From assembly GCA_041483195.1 (NCBI GenBank), contig JBGPFC010000004.1, forward strand, positions 96,001-160,000: a DNA stretch of 64,000 nt. The letters are read 5' to 3'. The notes under the pieces were generated by a model. It searched no databases, was not told where the DNA came from, and was given only the letters and a program-made list of their open reading frames with translations. This document shows positions 49,401 through 57,706 of the stretch, in pieces. Position 1 is the first letter of the stretch, and each line of letters opens with the position of its first letter. Source of the DNA: Candidatus Eiseniibacteriota bacterium. Its GTDB lineage: Bacteria; Eisenbacteria; RBG-16-71-46. A program made the translations under genes and the position numbers.

Positions 49401-49611
49401 CGCCCTCCTCGACCGGGCGCGTCACGAATTGTTCGACGTCGCTGGGCGCGGCGTCCGGCAGGTCGGTGCGAACGGTGAGCGATGGGTACGAGATGTCGGG
49501 CAGGAGATCGACGGACAGCCGTGAGGCCGCGACCAGGCCGAACACCACGAGCCCCGCGGTCACCATGAACACCGTGACCGGCCGCTGCAGTGACGAGTCG
49601 ACGAGGCGCAT
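46432..49611 (-). CDS. RND efflux permease (first subunit)
   Basis: QRPVTV, LLPDISYP, GMLVDDSIVVLE, VVKNAI and RLRPILMT. Start at ATG 49611 after GGAGG. Confidence 0.93.
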   Translation of the reverse strand: MRLVDSSLQRPVTVFMVTAGLVVFGLVAASRLSVDLLPDISYPSLTVRTDLPDAAPSDVEQFVTRPVEEGVGVVPGLVRMHSVSHPGQSEVTMEFGSGTRMDLASLGVREKLDLVALPREAKRPAILRFDPSLDPILRYRLAGGGNLQRLRRIAERTLKTDLEGAPGVAAVRVAGGEEEEIHVEVDAQRLASAGLSLTDVTRRLGQENINLAGGSLTEGRSEYLVRVANQFLTPEEMGGIVLVSRPDGAVRLADVATVSRGAKERELVTRVNRDEAVEIAIYKEGDANTVAVARTVKARMKRIPLPAGMTLLTVADQSRFIEQSVRDVVNSALIGGLLAVLVIFAFLRDLRSTVIISLSIPLSVFATFIAMYRMGLSLNLMSLGGLALGVGMLVDDSIVVLESIFRFRQEGHDARSAASRGTGLVAMAITASTLTTVVVFLPLVFVEGVAGQLIRDQALTVSFSLMASLIVALIVVPTIAALGGGGRHDVPVADPDATLVETPKRRGRWSAVIAWTLFAVLFVPRMIVRATRWLGPVLRPWVRRLFYPVEAGYDALERVYPRIVRSALGHPRRVLSVATLALAAAVTAGLLLPRNLFPSFAQGEFHFNLRLPEGTALHVTDETLERLARTIEHDPHVRFAYTTAGQTDLSDFAGGSREPNRGQLAVVLKPGSPGEAEEGIAARLRASMNEMPGLSYEFGRPQLLTFKSPVEVEVYAYDLDTLRTLASQVARRVADIRGVEDVESSMRFGDPEVRISFDRERLAALHLDPVSASRLVRNAVQGEAATQFSDVDRKLDVRVRATEDQRSQVAQLANLEVGRNADRPVPLASVALVSVERGPGEIRRIAQQRAAVVSANLKGRDLASASRDILASLDGLALPPGARVTLAGQNRELGDSFASIRFALLLAVFLVYLVMASQFESLLHPFVIMFTLPLGVIGVVLTLVLTHNAVSVMVLIGLLVLSGIVVKNAIIMVDYTNRLRAEGRPKREALITAGTVRLRPILMTTLTTVLGLLPMSLGIGEGSEVGAPLAMTIMGGLSFATLLTLVVIPVVYATLDRRP

Positions 49612-49686
49612 CGGATTGCCTCCGGAAGAGGGTGCTCCGCCCGCGCATGCGGGCGACACGAACGCGCGGGCGCGCGGCGCGGACCG

Positions 49687-50781
49687 CTAGGAGCGCACGA
49701 CCCGGATCTTCGAACCCTGCTTCAAGCCGCCCTGCCCCACCGTGACCACGCGCTCTCCCGCCCTGAGCCCGGCGAGGACCTGCGCCGTTTCGTTCTCGAC
49801 CGCGCCGAGCTTGACCGGGAGCCGCACCGCGCTGTCACCCCGTGCGACGAACACGAAACTCTCTCCATCCTCGCTCACCACTCCCCGGCGCGGGAGCAGG
49901 AGCGCACCCGGGAAGCTTCCGGTCTGCAGGCTCACGCGCGCGAACGCCCCGGGGCGCAGCGCGCCCTCGGGATTGGGCAGCTCGAGCGTGACCTTGCAAG
50001 TGCCGTTGCTCTGGTCCACGACCGGATTCAGGCGCACCACGCGCGCCTCGAACGTGCGGCCGGGTTGCGAATCGATCGTGAGGCGCGCCGACTGTCCGAC
50101 GCGAATCGCGGAGAGATCGCGCTCTGGGAAGAACAGCCGCACCAGCAGCGGGCTGAACTCGACGAGCTGGAAGCAGGCCTTGCCCGGCGTGACGGTCTCG
50201 CCCATGTTGATCTGGCGCTCGGTGACGCGCCCCGAGAACGGCGCGGTGATGCGGGTGAGATCCAGGTTGTGCTTCGCCTGCTCGAGTTCGACCGAGGCGG
50301 TGCGGCGCTTGAGATCGAGGTCTTCCTGCTCGCGGGGGGAGAGGTAGCCCTGCGCGTGCAGCTGGTCGCCGCGTTCCGCCTCACGCTTCACCACCTCGAA
50401 CGAGAGGGTGGCGCGGTCCACCGCCAGCGAGGCCTCCCGATCCTCGAAGCGCGCGAGCACCTCGCCGGCCTTCACCCACTGGCCTTCCTCCGCCAGGAGC
50501 TCGATCACCTGCCCCTCGCGCCGCGCCATGAGCACGGCGCTGTTGCGCGGCTCGAGCGTGGCCGAGGTCTGGAGGTAGGTCGAGATCGGACCCACCGTGA
50601 CCGTGCTCAGCTCGACCGGCGCGGCGGGCGCGGTTTCCTTGTCGGACTTCTTCTTGGCGGGCGCGTTGCTCCCTGCGCTCTTGAACGCGAGGCTCAGGAC
50701 GACGGCGCTCGCCACCAGCACGAAACCGACGGACGACCAGATGATGACGCGCCGGCGGCGATGGCTTGCATGGGCTTCCAT
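49687..50781 (-). CDS. RND efflux periplasmic adaptor
   Basis: N-terminal TM anchor; ITAPFSG and LRPGAFA motifs. Confidence 0.9.
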   Translation of the reverse strand: MEAHASHRRRRVIIWSSVGFVLVASAVVLSLAFKSAGSNAPAKKKSDKETAPAAPVELSTVTVGPISTYLQTSATLEPRNSAVLMARREGQVIELLAEEGQWVKAGEVLARFEDREASLAVDRATLSFEVVKREAERGDQLHAQGYLSPREQEDLDLKRRTASVELEQAKHNLDLTRITAPFSGRVTERQINMGETVTPGKACFQLVEFSPLLVRLFFPERDLSAIRVGQSARLTIDSQPGRTFEARVVRLNPVVDQSNGTCKVTLELPNPEGALRPGAFARVSLQTGSFPGALLLPRRGVVSEDGESFVFVARGDSAVRLPVKLGAVENETAQVLAGLRAGERVVTVGQGGLKQGSKIRVVRS

Positions 50782-50935
50782 GACGACCTCCCCAACGCGA
50801 TCTCGCTCACCGGCGCCGCGGCCCGGCGCGAATCCGGGGCGAGGGGCCTTCGAGCGTCATGGCCGGACCGGGACGATCGGGCCGGCCGGAATGCCGCATC
50901 TACGGCTTCCGCCCGTTGCAGGTTGCAGCGGGCGG

Positions 50936-52387
50936 CTAGAGAGGCGCGAACTGCGCCTCGGTGGGTTCCGCTCAGCAATACCATGGCTCGGTGAGAAAGG
51001 GCACCGGCGGCCGGTGCGGCGCCCGTGCGGCGGCCGCGAGCGGCCGCACGCGCTCCCCGGACGCCTCGACCGCGAGCGCGTACGCCCGATCGAACACCAC
51101 CCCCCGCGCTTCGCCCCGGCCTGAGGCCTCGGCCACCATCGACTGCACCCGTCCGCACAGCGCGTCGACCCGCGGCTCGGGATGCCGCCACGGATGGCAC
51201 AGCAGGACCGGGTCGAGCGGCTGCGCGAGCGCGCGGGCCTCCGGCAGCTCGAGCAGCCGGGACCCCGGCGGGATCAGCAACCGAATCCCGAGCTGAACCG
51301 GCGCCACGTGCTCGATCAGCCCGAGTTCGGCGATGGTCTCGAGCAGCTCGGCGTAGCCCGCCCGCGAGATCCACGGGGTGAACGCGACGAAGGTGGGATG
51401 CAGGATCAGGGACTCCTCCCGGAACAGTCGCACGACCTCGACGAAGTCGGCGCGAGTATGCCCCTTCTCGAGCCGCTCGAGCACGCGGTCGTCCACCGAT
51501 TCCACCGCGCTCGTCACGAATCGGCACCCGGTCTCGCGCAGGGTGGCGAGCTGTTCACGGTGCGCGAGCAGATGCTCGATCTTGATCGTGACGTCGTAGG
51601 TGAGGGCGGGGAACTCGGCGTGCAGCGCCCGCACCAGCGGTATCGCGTGCCCGATGCCGTTCCAGAAGTCGGGATCGCCGAACGTGACGTGCCGCGCCCC
51701 GGCCTCGACCTGGCGTCGCACGTCATCGAGCACGATCGCGCGCGGCACGACCCGGAAGCGCCCGCCGTAGATCGGAACCACCGGGCAATGGCGGCACAGG
51801 TGTTTGCAGCCACGGCTCGACTCGGTGTAGCCCACGGTGAGGAGCGAGCCGTCGCCCGGATCGAGCCGCGCGTAGCGATCGAGCGCGGGCAGCCCCTCGC
51901 GATCCGGCGCGAGAAACGCGAGGCGTTCGAGCGAGACGCCGTCGTGCGCGCGTGCGTCGGGGCCCCGGCCCGCGAGGCCCATCGCCCATTCGGTGAGCCC
52001 CCGCTCGAACTCACCCGAGAAACACGCCTCGACGCCCAGCGCCCGCAGCGCTCCCGCGTTCATCGCGGCATAGAGTCCATACGCGGAGAGCGGCGCGCGC
52101 GGGTTGAGCGCGCGGACCCGCGCGATCACCGGCGCCGCGAGCCGGGTCGCGGTATGCATCGGGAGGAAGAAGGCGACGGCGTCGGCCGACCCCGCCGCGA
52201 CCTCGTCCAGCGGATCGACCGCGAGATCGCAACAGACGACCGAGGCCCCCGCGCGGCGCAGCCACGCCGCCGGGGAGGCGAGTCCGAATGGCTGACGGCC
52301 GAGGTCGTAGGTCGAGATCAGCACCACGCGCGGCGCATGGCGCGGGGCGCGGGACTCGGGCGCCTCGGACGACACCGCGCTCTTCAT
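50936..52387 (-). CDS. CUAEP/CCAEP-tail radical SAM selenoprotein (Sec at TGA 50972-50974)
   Basis: SSRGCKHLCRHCP (CxxxCxxC) with a B12-binding-like N-domain. Reading through the TGA gives ...PFLTEPWYC-U-AEPTEAQFAPL-TAG(50936), the tail that names this family. Confidence 0.9.
50941..50959 (-). promoter_or_regulatory. Putative bacterial SECIS element
   Basis: mRNA reads UGA-GCGGAACCCACC-GAGGCGC-AGUUC-GCGCCUC: a perfect 7-bp stem starting 12 nt after the UGA, with G near the start of the loop. Confidence 0.75.
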
Positions 52388-52421
52388 CGGCCGACGGTTC
52401 CGGCGTCCAGGAGCCCGGCGC

Positions 52422-53027
52422 TCATTCGAGCGGCGAGCGGCCGCCTTTCGCGGGCTGGTAATAGGGGTTCCTCCCCCCCGCGTGATCGGTGCTGTCCACG
52501 ATCTCGCGGATCGCGGGGACCGCGTCGCGGATCCGCACCTCGATGCCCTGCTTGAGCGTGACGTCCACCATGCCGCAGCCCTGGCAGCCGCCGCCGAGGC
52601 GGATGTACGCGACGTCGCCCTTCACGTCGAGCAGCGTCACGTTGCCGCCGTGCGAGGCCACGGCCGGATTGATCTCGTCGTCGAGCACCTTCTGGACCGC
52701 CAGCGCCGTGGGGTCCGACCACAACGGGTTCGGGTTGTCGATCTTGAATCCGCTGCCGTATGACGATTCGACGTAGTCGATGCTCGCCCCCGTCAGCAGC
52801 GGCACGCTGGGCTGGTCGATCATCACCGGCAGGCCGCCCACCTCGAATCCCACGTCCTCCGGCGTGCGCTCGCTCTCCGGCACGAACGCGAGCCGGTACT
52901 GGAATCCGCCCGGGCCGCGGCCCACGACGCCCATTCGGAGGCCGAGCCCGTCGCGGCCCTCGGCCTGCATCAACTCGCGAATCTTCGCGAGCCCCGCCTC
53001 GGAAATCGTGATCAACGCTGCCGTCAT
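52422..53027 (-). CDS. nfuA: NfuA-type Fe-S cluster carrier (degenerate A-type domain plus NifU-C domain)
   Basis: ITISEA, GASIDYVE...GFKIDNPN, INPAVASHGG and LGGGCQGCG. Confidence 0.9.
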   Translation of the reverse strand: MTAALITISEAGLAKIRELMQAEGRDGLGLRMGVVGRGPGGFQYRLAFVPESERTPEDVGFEVGGLPVMIDQPSVPLLTGASIDYVESSYGSGFKIDNPNPLWSDPTALAVQKVLDDEINPAVASHGGNVTLLDVKGDVAYIRLGGGCQGCGMVDVTLKQGIEVRIRDAVPAIREIVDSTDHAGGRNPYYQPAKGGRSPLE

Positions 53028-54325
53028 GCCTCGCTCCCTTCAACCCCGGATGCCCGCGCCCCGGCGCGCGGCGTGCGGGGATCGATGTCGAACGTCAGGT
53101 GCCGATGCGCCTCGCGCAACGCCGCCTCCACCTGCTCGGGCAGCTCGCCGCGCGCGAAGATGAAGCCCAGGTAACGATCCCCCTCCGGCAGCGGTACGAG
53201 CTCCTGCCCGGGCGGAACGGTGATGCGCAGCTCGTCGATCAGGTCCACGCCGCGCGCGGCGTCAACGCCGCCCACGGCGCGCAGCACGCCCGCCCGCGGG
53301 ATGGGAATCATCATGACCCCCGAGGCGCAGCGTTCGCGCTCGAGCGCCGCGACGTCGACGCCGAGCGCATCGCTCAGAATCAGCGCCTCGAGCGACACGC
53401 CGTCGCCGAATCGGAGCGAGCGCGAGCATAGCCCGCCGATGCTGCGCGGGGCAATCTCGAGCGGCCACGCGCCGGCCGTGTTCCAGCGCAGCTCGGCGTG
53501 CACCGGTCCCTGCCCGAGCCCGATCGCGGCGACGGCCCGCGCGGCCGCCGCCTCGATCGCCCGTTGCGTCGCACGATCCAGGCGTGAAGGGGTGACGTAG
53601 ATCGTCTCCTCGAAATACGGGCCATCGAGCGGATCGGGCTTGTCGAAGATCGCGAGCACCCGCAGCGCCCCGCGCGTGACCAGCCCTTCGACCGCGACTT
53701 CGATCCCGGGAATGTAGTCCTCGATCAGGATCTCCGTGGCGAGCGCCCCACCCGCCGCCGCGACCTCGGGGCGCGCGAGCAGCGCTGCGATGCGCCGGAA
53801 CGCCACGGCCAGCGCCCCGGGATCGTCCGCGCGGATCACCCCGCGGCTCGCCGCGAGGAACAGCGGTTTGAGCACGCAGGGGTACTTGACCCGCGCCGCG
53901 ATCGCCTCCGGCCCTGCGCTCACCGCGCAGCGCGCGATCCGCGGCGTGAGCAATCCCGCGCGCGCGAAGGCCTCGCGCGTCGCGAGCTTGCTGCGGGCGG
54001 TGCGCACCGCCGCTGCGGAATGGTGCGGCAGGCGCAGCGCCTCTGCGGCGCGCGCGGCCAGCAGCACGCCCTCGTCGTCGGCGGCGATCACAGCGTCCAG
54101 CGGATGCTCGCGCGCGAACGCCTCGATCGCGCGGGTCGCGGCGTCCGCGTCTCCGAACGCGAGCGCCAGGTTCCCGGCCGGGTTGAGGGGCGCGAGCGCC
54201 TGCGGCCGGTCGGTCGCGACGACCGCCTCCGCGCCGATGGCCCGCGCGGCGTCGAGGAACGCACCGGCGCGGTAGGACGCCGTGGTCATCAGCAGCAGCA
54301 CGCGCGGTCTGCGGGATGCGCTCAA
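53024..54325 (-). CDS. ATP-grasp domain protein (amino acid ligase-like)
   Basis: SKLATRE, YPCVLKP..LAASRGVIR, IEDYIPG.EVAVE, GPVHAELR and LEIAPRSIGG. TTG start overlaps the upstream stop; the first ~720 aa of the 1158-aa ORF are an off-frame shadow. Confidence 0.85.
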   Translation of the reverse strand: MSASRRPRVLLLMTTASYRAGAFLDAARAIGAEAVVATDRPQALAPLNPAGNLALAFGDADAATRAIEAFAREHPLDAVIAADDEGVLLAARAAEALRLPHHSAAAVRTARSKLATREAFARAGLLTPRIARCAVSAGPEAIAARVKYPCVLKPLFLAASRGVIRADDPGALAVAFRRIAALLARPEVAAAGGALATEILIEDYIPGIEVAVEGLVTRGALRVLAIFDKPDPLDGPYFEETIYVTPSRLDRATQRAIEAAAARAVAAIGLGQGPVHAELRWNTAGAWPLEIAPRSIGGLCSRSLRFGDGVSLEALILSDALGVDVAALERERCASGVMMIPIPRAGVLRAVGGVDAARGVDLIDELRITVPPGQELVPLPEGDRYLGFIFARGELPEQVEAALREAHRHLTFDIDPRTPRAGARASGVEGSEA

Positions 54326-56679
54326 CGCCGGCCCCGATTCGCGAGCCGCTCGAGCTCGGCGCGCGCGTCGCGCCCCACGTCGCTCGCGGCCGGGGCGCGG
54401 CCCGCGACCCACTCCAGCTCGCCGCGCGCGGCCGATGCTGCGCCCAGCCGCGACAGCGCGCGTCCGTGCTGCAATCTCAGATACGGCAGCAGGGGATCCG
54501 CGCCGCCCGCGCGAGCGAGCGTGCGCTCGATCGCGACGTTCGCCTCCCGCCACGCCCCGAGCTCCGCGGCGCAGGCCACGTACGCGAGACACGGGAGCAC
54601 TTCGGCGGGCCGCATGACGTGAATCGCCTCCGCGAGCGGCATCGCCGCGGCCATGCGGCCGAGGCCGGCGAAATCGTAGGCCATCCGTTCGGCGAACGGG
54701 CGGACGTTCGATGCGAAGAACGCATCGAGGCCCAGCACCCAGGGCGCTGGCGAACCGTCCGGCCGGCGCAGCGCGCCGCCGGTCCGCCCTTCCGGCGGAA
54801 CCGCGACCGACTCGAACTCGAGCCGGTAGGGACGCGGCACCGTGGCCGCCCACCACAGCGGATCCAGATCGCCGAGACGCTCGAGCGAGGCGCGCGCCCG
54901 CTCTCCCAGGCGGTACACCCGGATCTCGGGACCGGTCACGTCGCCCCCGGGATCGAATCGCGCGGCGAGCACCGCGCTCGAGTCGAGAAACGCGTAGAAG
55001 CGGCGCTGGGCGGGGAAGCTCGACGGCTGCGCCTCGTAGCGGCCTCGAATCGCCCCGCTGGTGAACACGTAGTCCACGCCGTGCAGCAATCGCAGATCGT
55101 AGAAGATCTGGTTGATCGCCTGGGGCTGCGGGTACACGACGAGCCGCCGCTTCGTACCGTCCGGCAGATCCAGCATCGCGGTGGCCTGCCCGGCCACCAC
55201 CAGCGGGAGATCGACCGATGAATAGGTGCGACGCGCGAGGAGACGCCGCTGGAACGGCGCGCTCGCCGCCCCGAATCCGCGACTCGAGCGCACCACCGCG
55301 ACCCGCTGGCGCGTGAGCAGCTCGCCGCTGTACCCCTCGCGCAGCAACAGGTCTTCCGGCTTCACGTGCGACTCGCACCAGCGCCGCGCCTCCACCTGGG
55401 TGTCGTCCCTTCCGCTCGCGCCGGTCCGTACCCCCGCCGGCAACACCGGAAGCGCGAGCGACAGCGCCGCCAGCGCCCCCGCGAACCGCCGCACCCGGCC
55501 GATGCGGCCGAACAGGTCGACGGCGGCGGCGGCGGCCAGCAGCGCGGCGATCGGAATCAACGGCATGAGATAGCGCTCGGCCTCGACCCGCGCGAGCGAG
55601 ATCGCGACCCCGAGCGGCAGCATGAACAGCCAGAGCGCGGCGCGGTCGGCGTTCGCGCGCGGATGACGCAGCGTGAACGCGAGCGAGGCGCCGAGCAGGG
55701 CGAGCCCCGGCCAGCCGATGTCGCGCGCGAGCGTGCCGAGCTGGAACAGGAATCCGCGCCGGTCCGCGCTTCCGAGATGGCCCTGCGCCATGTGGAGGCT
55801 CTCGAACGCGAAATCCTTTCGGAACTGCGCGAAGTCGATGGCGACATAGGGCGAGCTGATCAGGAACACGCCGAGCGCCGCGACGCAGGCCAGCGCCCAC
55901 AGCGGCAGCGCGCGCACCCCGCGGCGTTCGAGCAGCACCCATGCGAGCGGAACCACGAGCGCCGCGGCCGGATACTTGCAGCCGGCCGCGAGCCCCAGGC
56001 ACGCGGTCGCGGCGATCAGGGCGCCGCGGTGACCGGTCGCGCGCCAGCTCAGCATGCGTTCGAGCGCGACCGCTGCGAACGCGGTCATCGGCGTGTCGGT
56101 GTAGATCGCTCGCGAGGTCAGGATCATGGTGGGCGCGATCGCGACCACCGCAGCTGCCGCGAGGCCCGCGCCGCGCCGCATGCGCTCGCCGATGCGCACC
56201 ACGGCGATCAGGGTCACAGCATCCGCGATCACCCCGATGAGCCGCGCCGCGATCACCATCGGCGTGGGATCGGTCTCGTAGGCGGTGAGGTAGTCCGCGA
56301 GGCTCGCGTAGTAGTGGATCGCGCGTCCCGCCATCAGGGTGATTCCCTGCACCAGCAGCTGAAGGTAGATGGTGAGCGATGGGTAGTTGAAGAAGTGCGG
56401 GTTCCAGTCGACGCGGCCCTCGCCTGTCCACATCCGGAGCGCGATCTTGAAGGGAATGGCCTCGTCGAGGACATCCGGCAGTCCGTAGCCGATGTGCCAC
56501 AGCCGCAGCGCGAGGCCGGCCGCGAGCAGCGCGATCGCGGCCGCGATCGTGCGCGCGTCCATCGACGCCCGCCCGGCTTCCGCCGGCGGCGCCGGCGGCG
56601 CCGGCGCGCCCGGCGCGGCCGCGGCCGCCGCCGCCGCGCGGGCGGCGCGTGCGCGGCCGCGCCGGGGGGGTGGCTTCAT
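54322..56679 (-). CDS. GT-C superfamily (ArnT/PMT-like, GT39/83) membrane glycosyltransferase
   Basis: LRLW...GLP...DE, PHFFNYP, TDTP, KYP and ERYLMP motifs; many TM helices followed by a periplasmic C-domain. Alternative start at 56562. Confidence 0.8.
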   Translation of the reverse strand: MKPPPRRGRARAARAAAAAAAAPGAPAPPAPPAEAGRASMDARTIAAAIALLAAGLALRLWHIGYGLPDVLDEAIPFKIALRMWTGEGRVDWNPHFFNYPSLTIYLQLLVQGITLMAGRAIHYYASLADYLTAYETDPTPMVIAARLIGVIADAVTLIAVVRIGERMRRGAGLAAAAVVAIAPTMILTSRAIYTDTPMTAFAAVALERMLSWRATGHRGALIAATACLGLAAGCKYPAAALVVPLAWVLLERRGVRALPLWALACVAALGVFLISSPYVAIDFAQFRKDFAFESLHMAQGHLGSADRRGFLFQLGTLARDIGWPGLALLGASLAFTLRHPRANADRAALWLFMLPLGVAISLARVEAERYLMPLIPIAALLAAAAAVDLFGRIGRVRRFAGALAALSLALPVLPAGVRTGASGRDDTQVEARRWCESHVKPEDLLLREGYSGELLTRQRVAVVRSSRGFGAASAPFQRRLLARRTYSSVDLPLVVAGQATAMLDLPDGTKRRLVVYPQPQAINQIFYDLRLLHGVDYVFTSGAIRGRYEAQPSSFPAQRRFYAFLDSSAVLAARFDPGGDVTGPEIRVYRLGERARASLERLGDLDPLWWAATVPRPYRLEFESVAVPPEGRTGGALRRPDGSPAPWVLGLDAFFASNVRPFAERMAYDFAGLGRMAAAMPLAEAIHVMRPAEVLPCLAYVACAAELGAWREANVAIERTLARAGGADPLLPYLRLQHGRALSRLGAASAARGELEWVAGRAPAASDVGRDARAELERLANRGRR

Positions 56680-56689
56680 CCCGCCGCCA

Positions 56690-57706
56690 TCACCCGCGCG
56701 GCCCGGCCGCCGCGCGGCGCCCGCCCAGTTCGATCGCGGTCCCGGCCCCCGCCGCCTCGGCCCGAACCCACACCGCGTGCGCGGCCGCCAGATCCTCGAC
56801 CGCGAGCCCCAGCGACTCGAAGAGCGTGATCTCGTCGCGGGTCGCCCGTCCCGGATGCGCGCCGCTCACCAGCTCGCCCAGCTCCGCGCGGATGTGCCCG
56901 GCCCCGATCGCGCCCTCGGCGATCGGGATCAGGATGTCCCCCGCTTCCTGCAGCGCCGATTCGCGCCGGTCCACGAAGAGTCGCGCCCGCGCGACCGCCG
57001 CGGTGTCGAGCTCGCGGGCGTCGCGGAAGCACGCGCCCACCGCGTTGACGTGCGCCCCCTCCGCGAGCCACGCGCCATCGAGCACCGGCGTTCGCGAGGC
57101 GGTGGTCGTGCACACCAGATCCGCGCCATCGACCGCCGCGCGGGCCGAGGCGCACACCTCGATCGCGAGCCCGAGCCGCGCGGACTCCCGCGCCGCGAAG
57201 CCACGCGCGCTCGCGGGGCTCCGGCTCCACACCCGGACGCGCCGCAGCGGCCGCACCGCGGCCATCGCCCGGGCGTGGCTCGCCGCCTGCACCCCGGCGC
57301 CGAGCAGCGCGAGATCGCCGGCGTCTTCGCGCGCGAGGCACCGGGTCGCGAGCCCGCTCACCGCGGCGGTGCGGAGCGCCGTGATGGCGCTCGCGTCCAC
57401 GATCGCCCGCAGGCTGCCGCGTACGGTCTCGAACACCAGCACCACGCCCTGGTGGGAATCGAGCTCGGTGCCGTGATTGCCCGGCATCACCGTGACCACC
57501 TTGATGCCGATCGCGAGCGGGCTGCCGGTGTACGCCGGCATGAGTCCGAGCAGGCCGCTGCGATCGGGGAGCCAGACCATCGAGCGCAGCGGTTGCACGG
57601 CGTCGCCGCGCGCGAGCGCCTCGAACACCTCGCGCATCACCTCGATGCACTCGAGCATCGGGAGCAGCGCCTCGACCTCCGCCTGCGCGACGACCCGCAC
57701 GCTCAC
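56690..57706 (-). CDS. Ornithine cyclodeaminase / mu-crystallin family protein
   Basis: GLMPAY, KVVTV.PGN, ITALRTAAVS, GAGVQA, HVNAVG and FESLGLAVEDL. GTG start overlaps the upstream stop. Confidence 0.9.
   Translation of the reverse strand: MSVRVVAQAEVEALLPMLECIEVMREVFEALARGDAVQPLRSMVWLPDRSGLLGLMPAYTGSPLAIGIKVVTVMPGNHGTELDSHQGVVLVFETVRGSLRAIVDASAITALRTAAVSGLATRCLAREDAGDLALLGAGVQAASHARAMAAVRPLRRVRVWSRSPASARGFAARESARLGLAIEVCASARAAVDGADLVCTTTASRTPVLDGAWLAEGAHVNAVGACFRDARELDTAAVARARLFVDRRESALQEAGDILIPIAEGAIGAGHIRAELGELVSGAHPGRATRDEITLFESLGLAVEDLAAAHAVWVRAEAAGAGTAIELGGRRAAAGPRG

Noticed and set aside
52422..53027. Possible second selenoprotein (HesB-like) in the NfuA gene
   Set aside because: The frame has no internal TGA, and its terminal TGA follows a complete NfuA C-terminus.
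56563..56679. GC-only low-complexity tract (GCCGGCGGC-like repeats)
   Set aside because: It encodes an Ala/Pro-rich N-terminal linker of the glycosyltransferase or is untranslated; there is no regular repeat unit suggesting a functional array.
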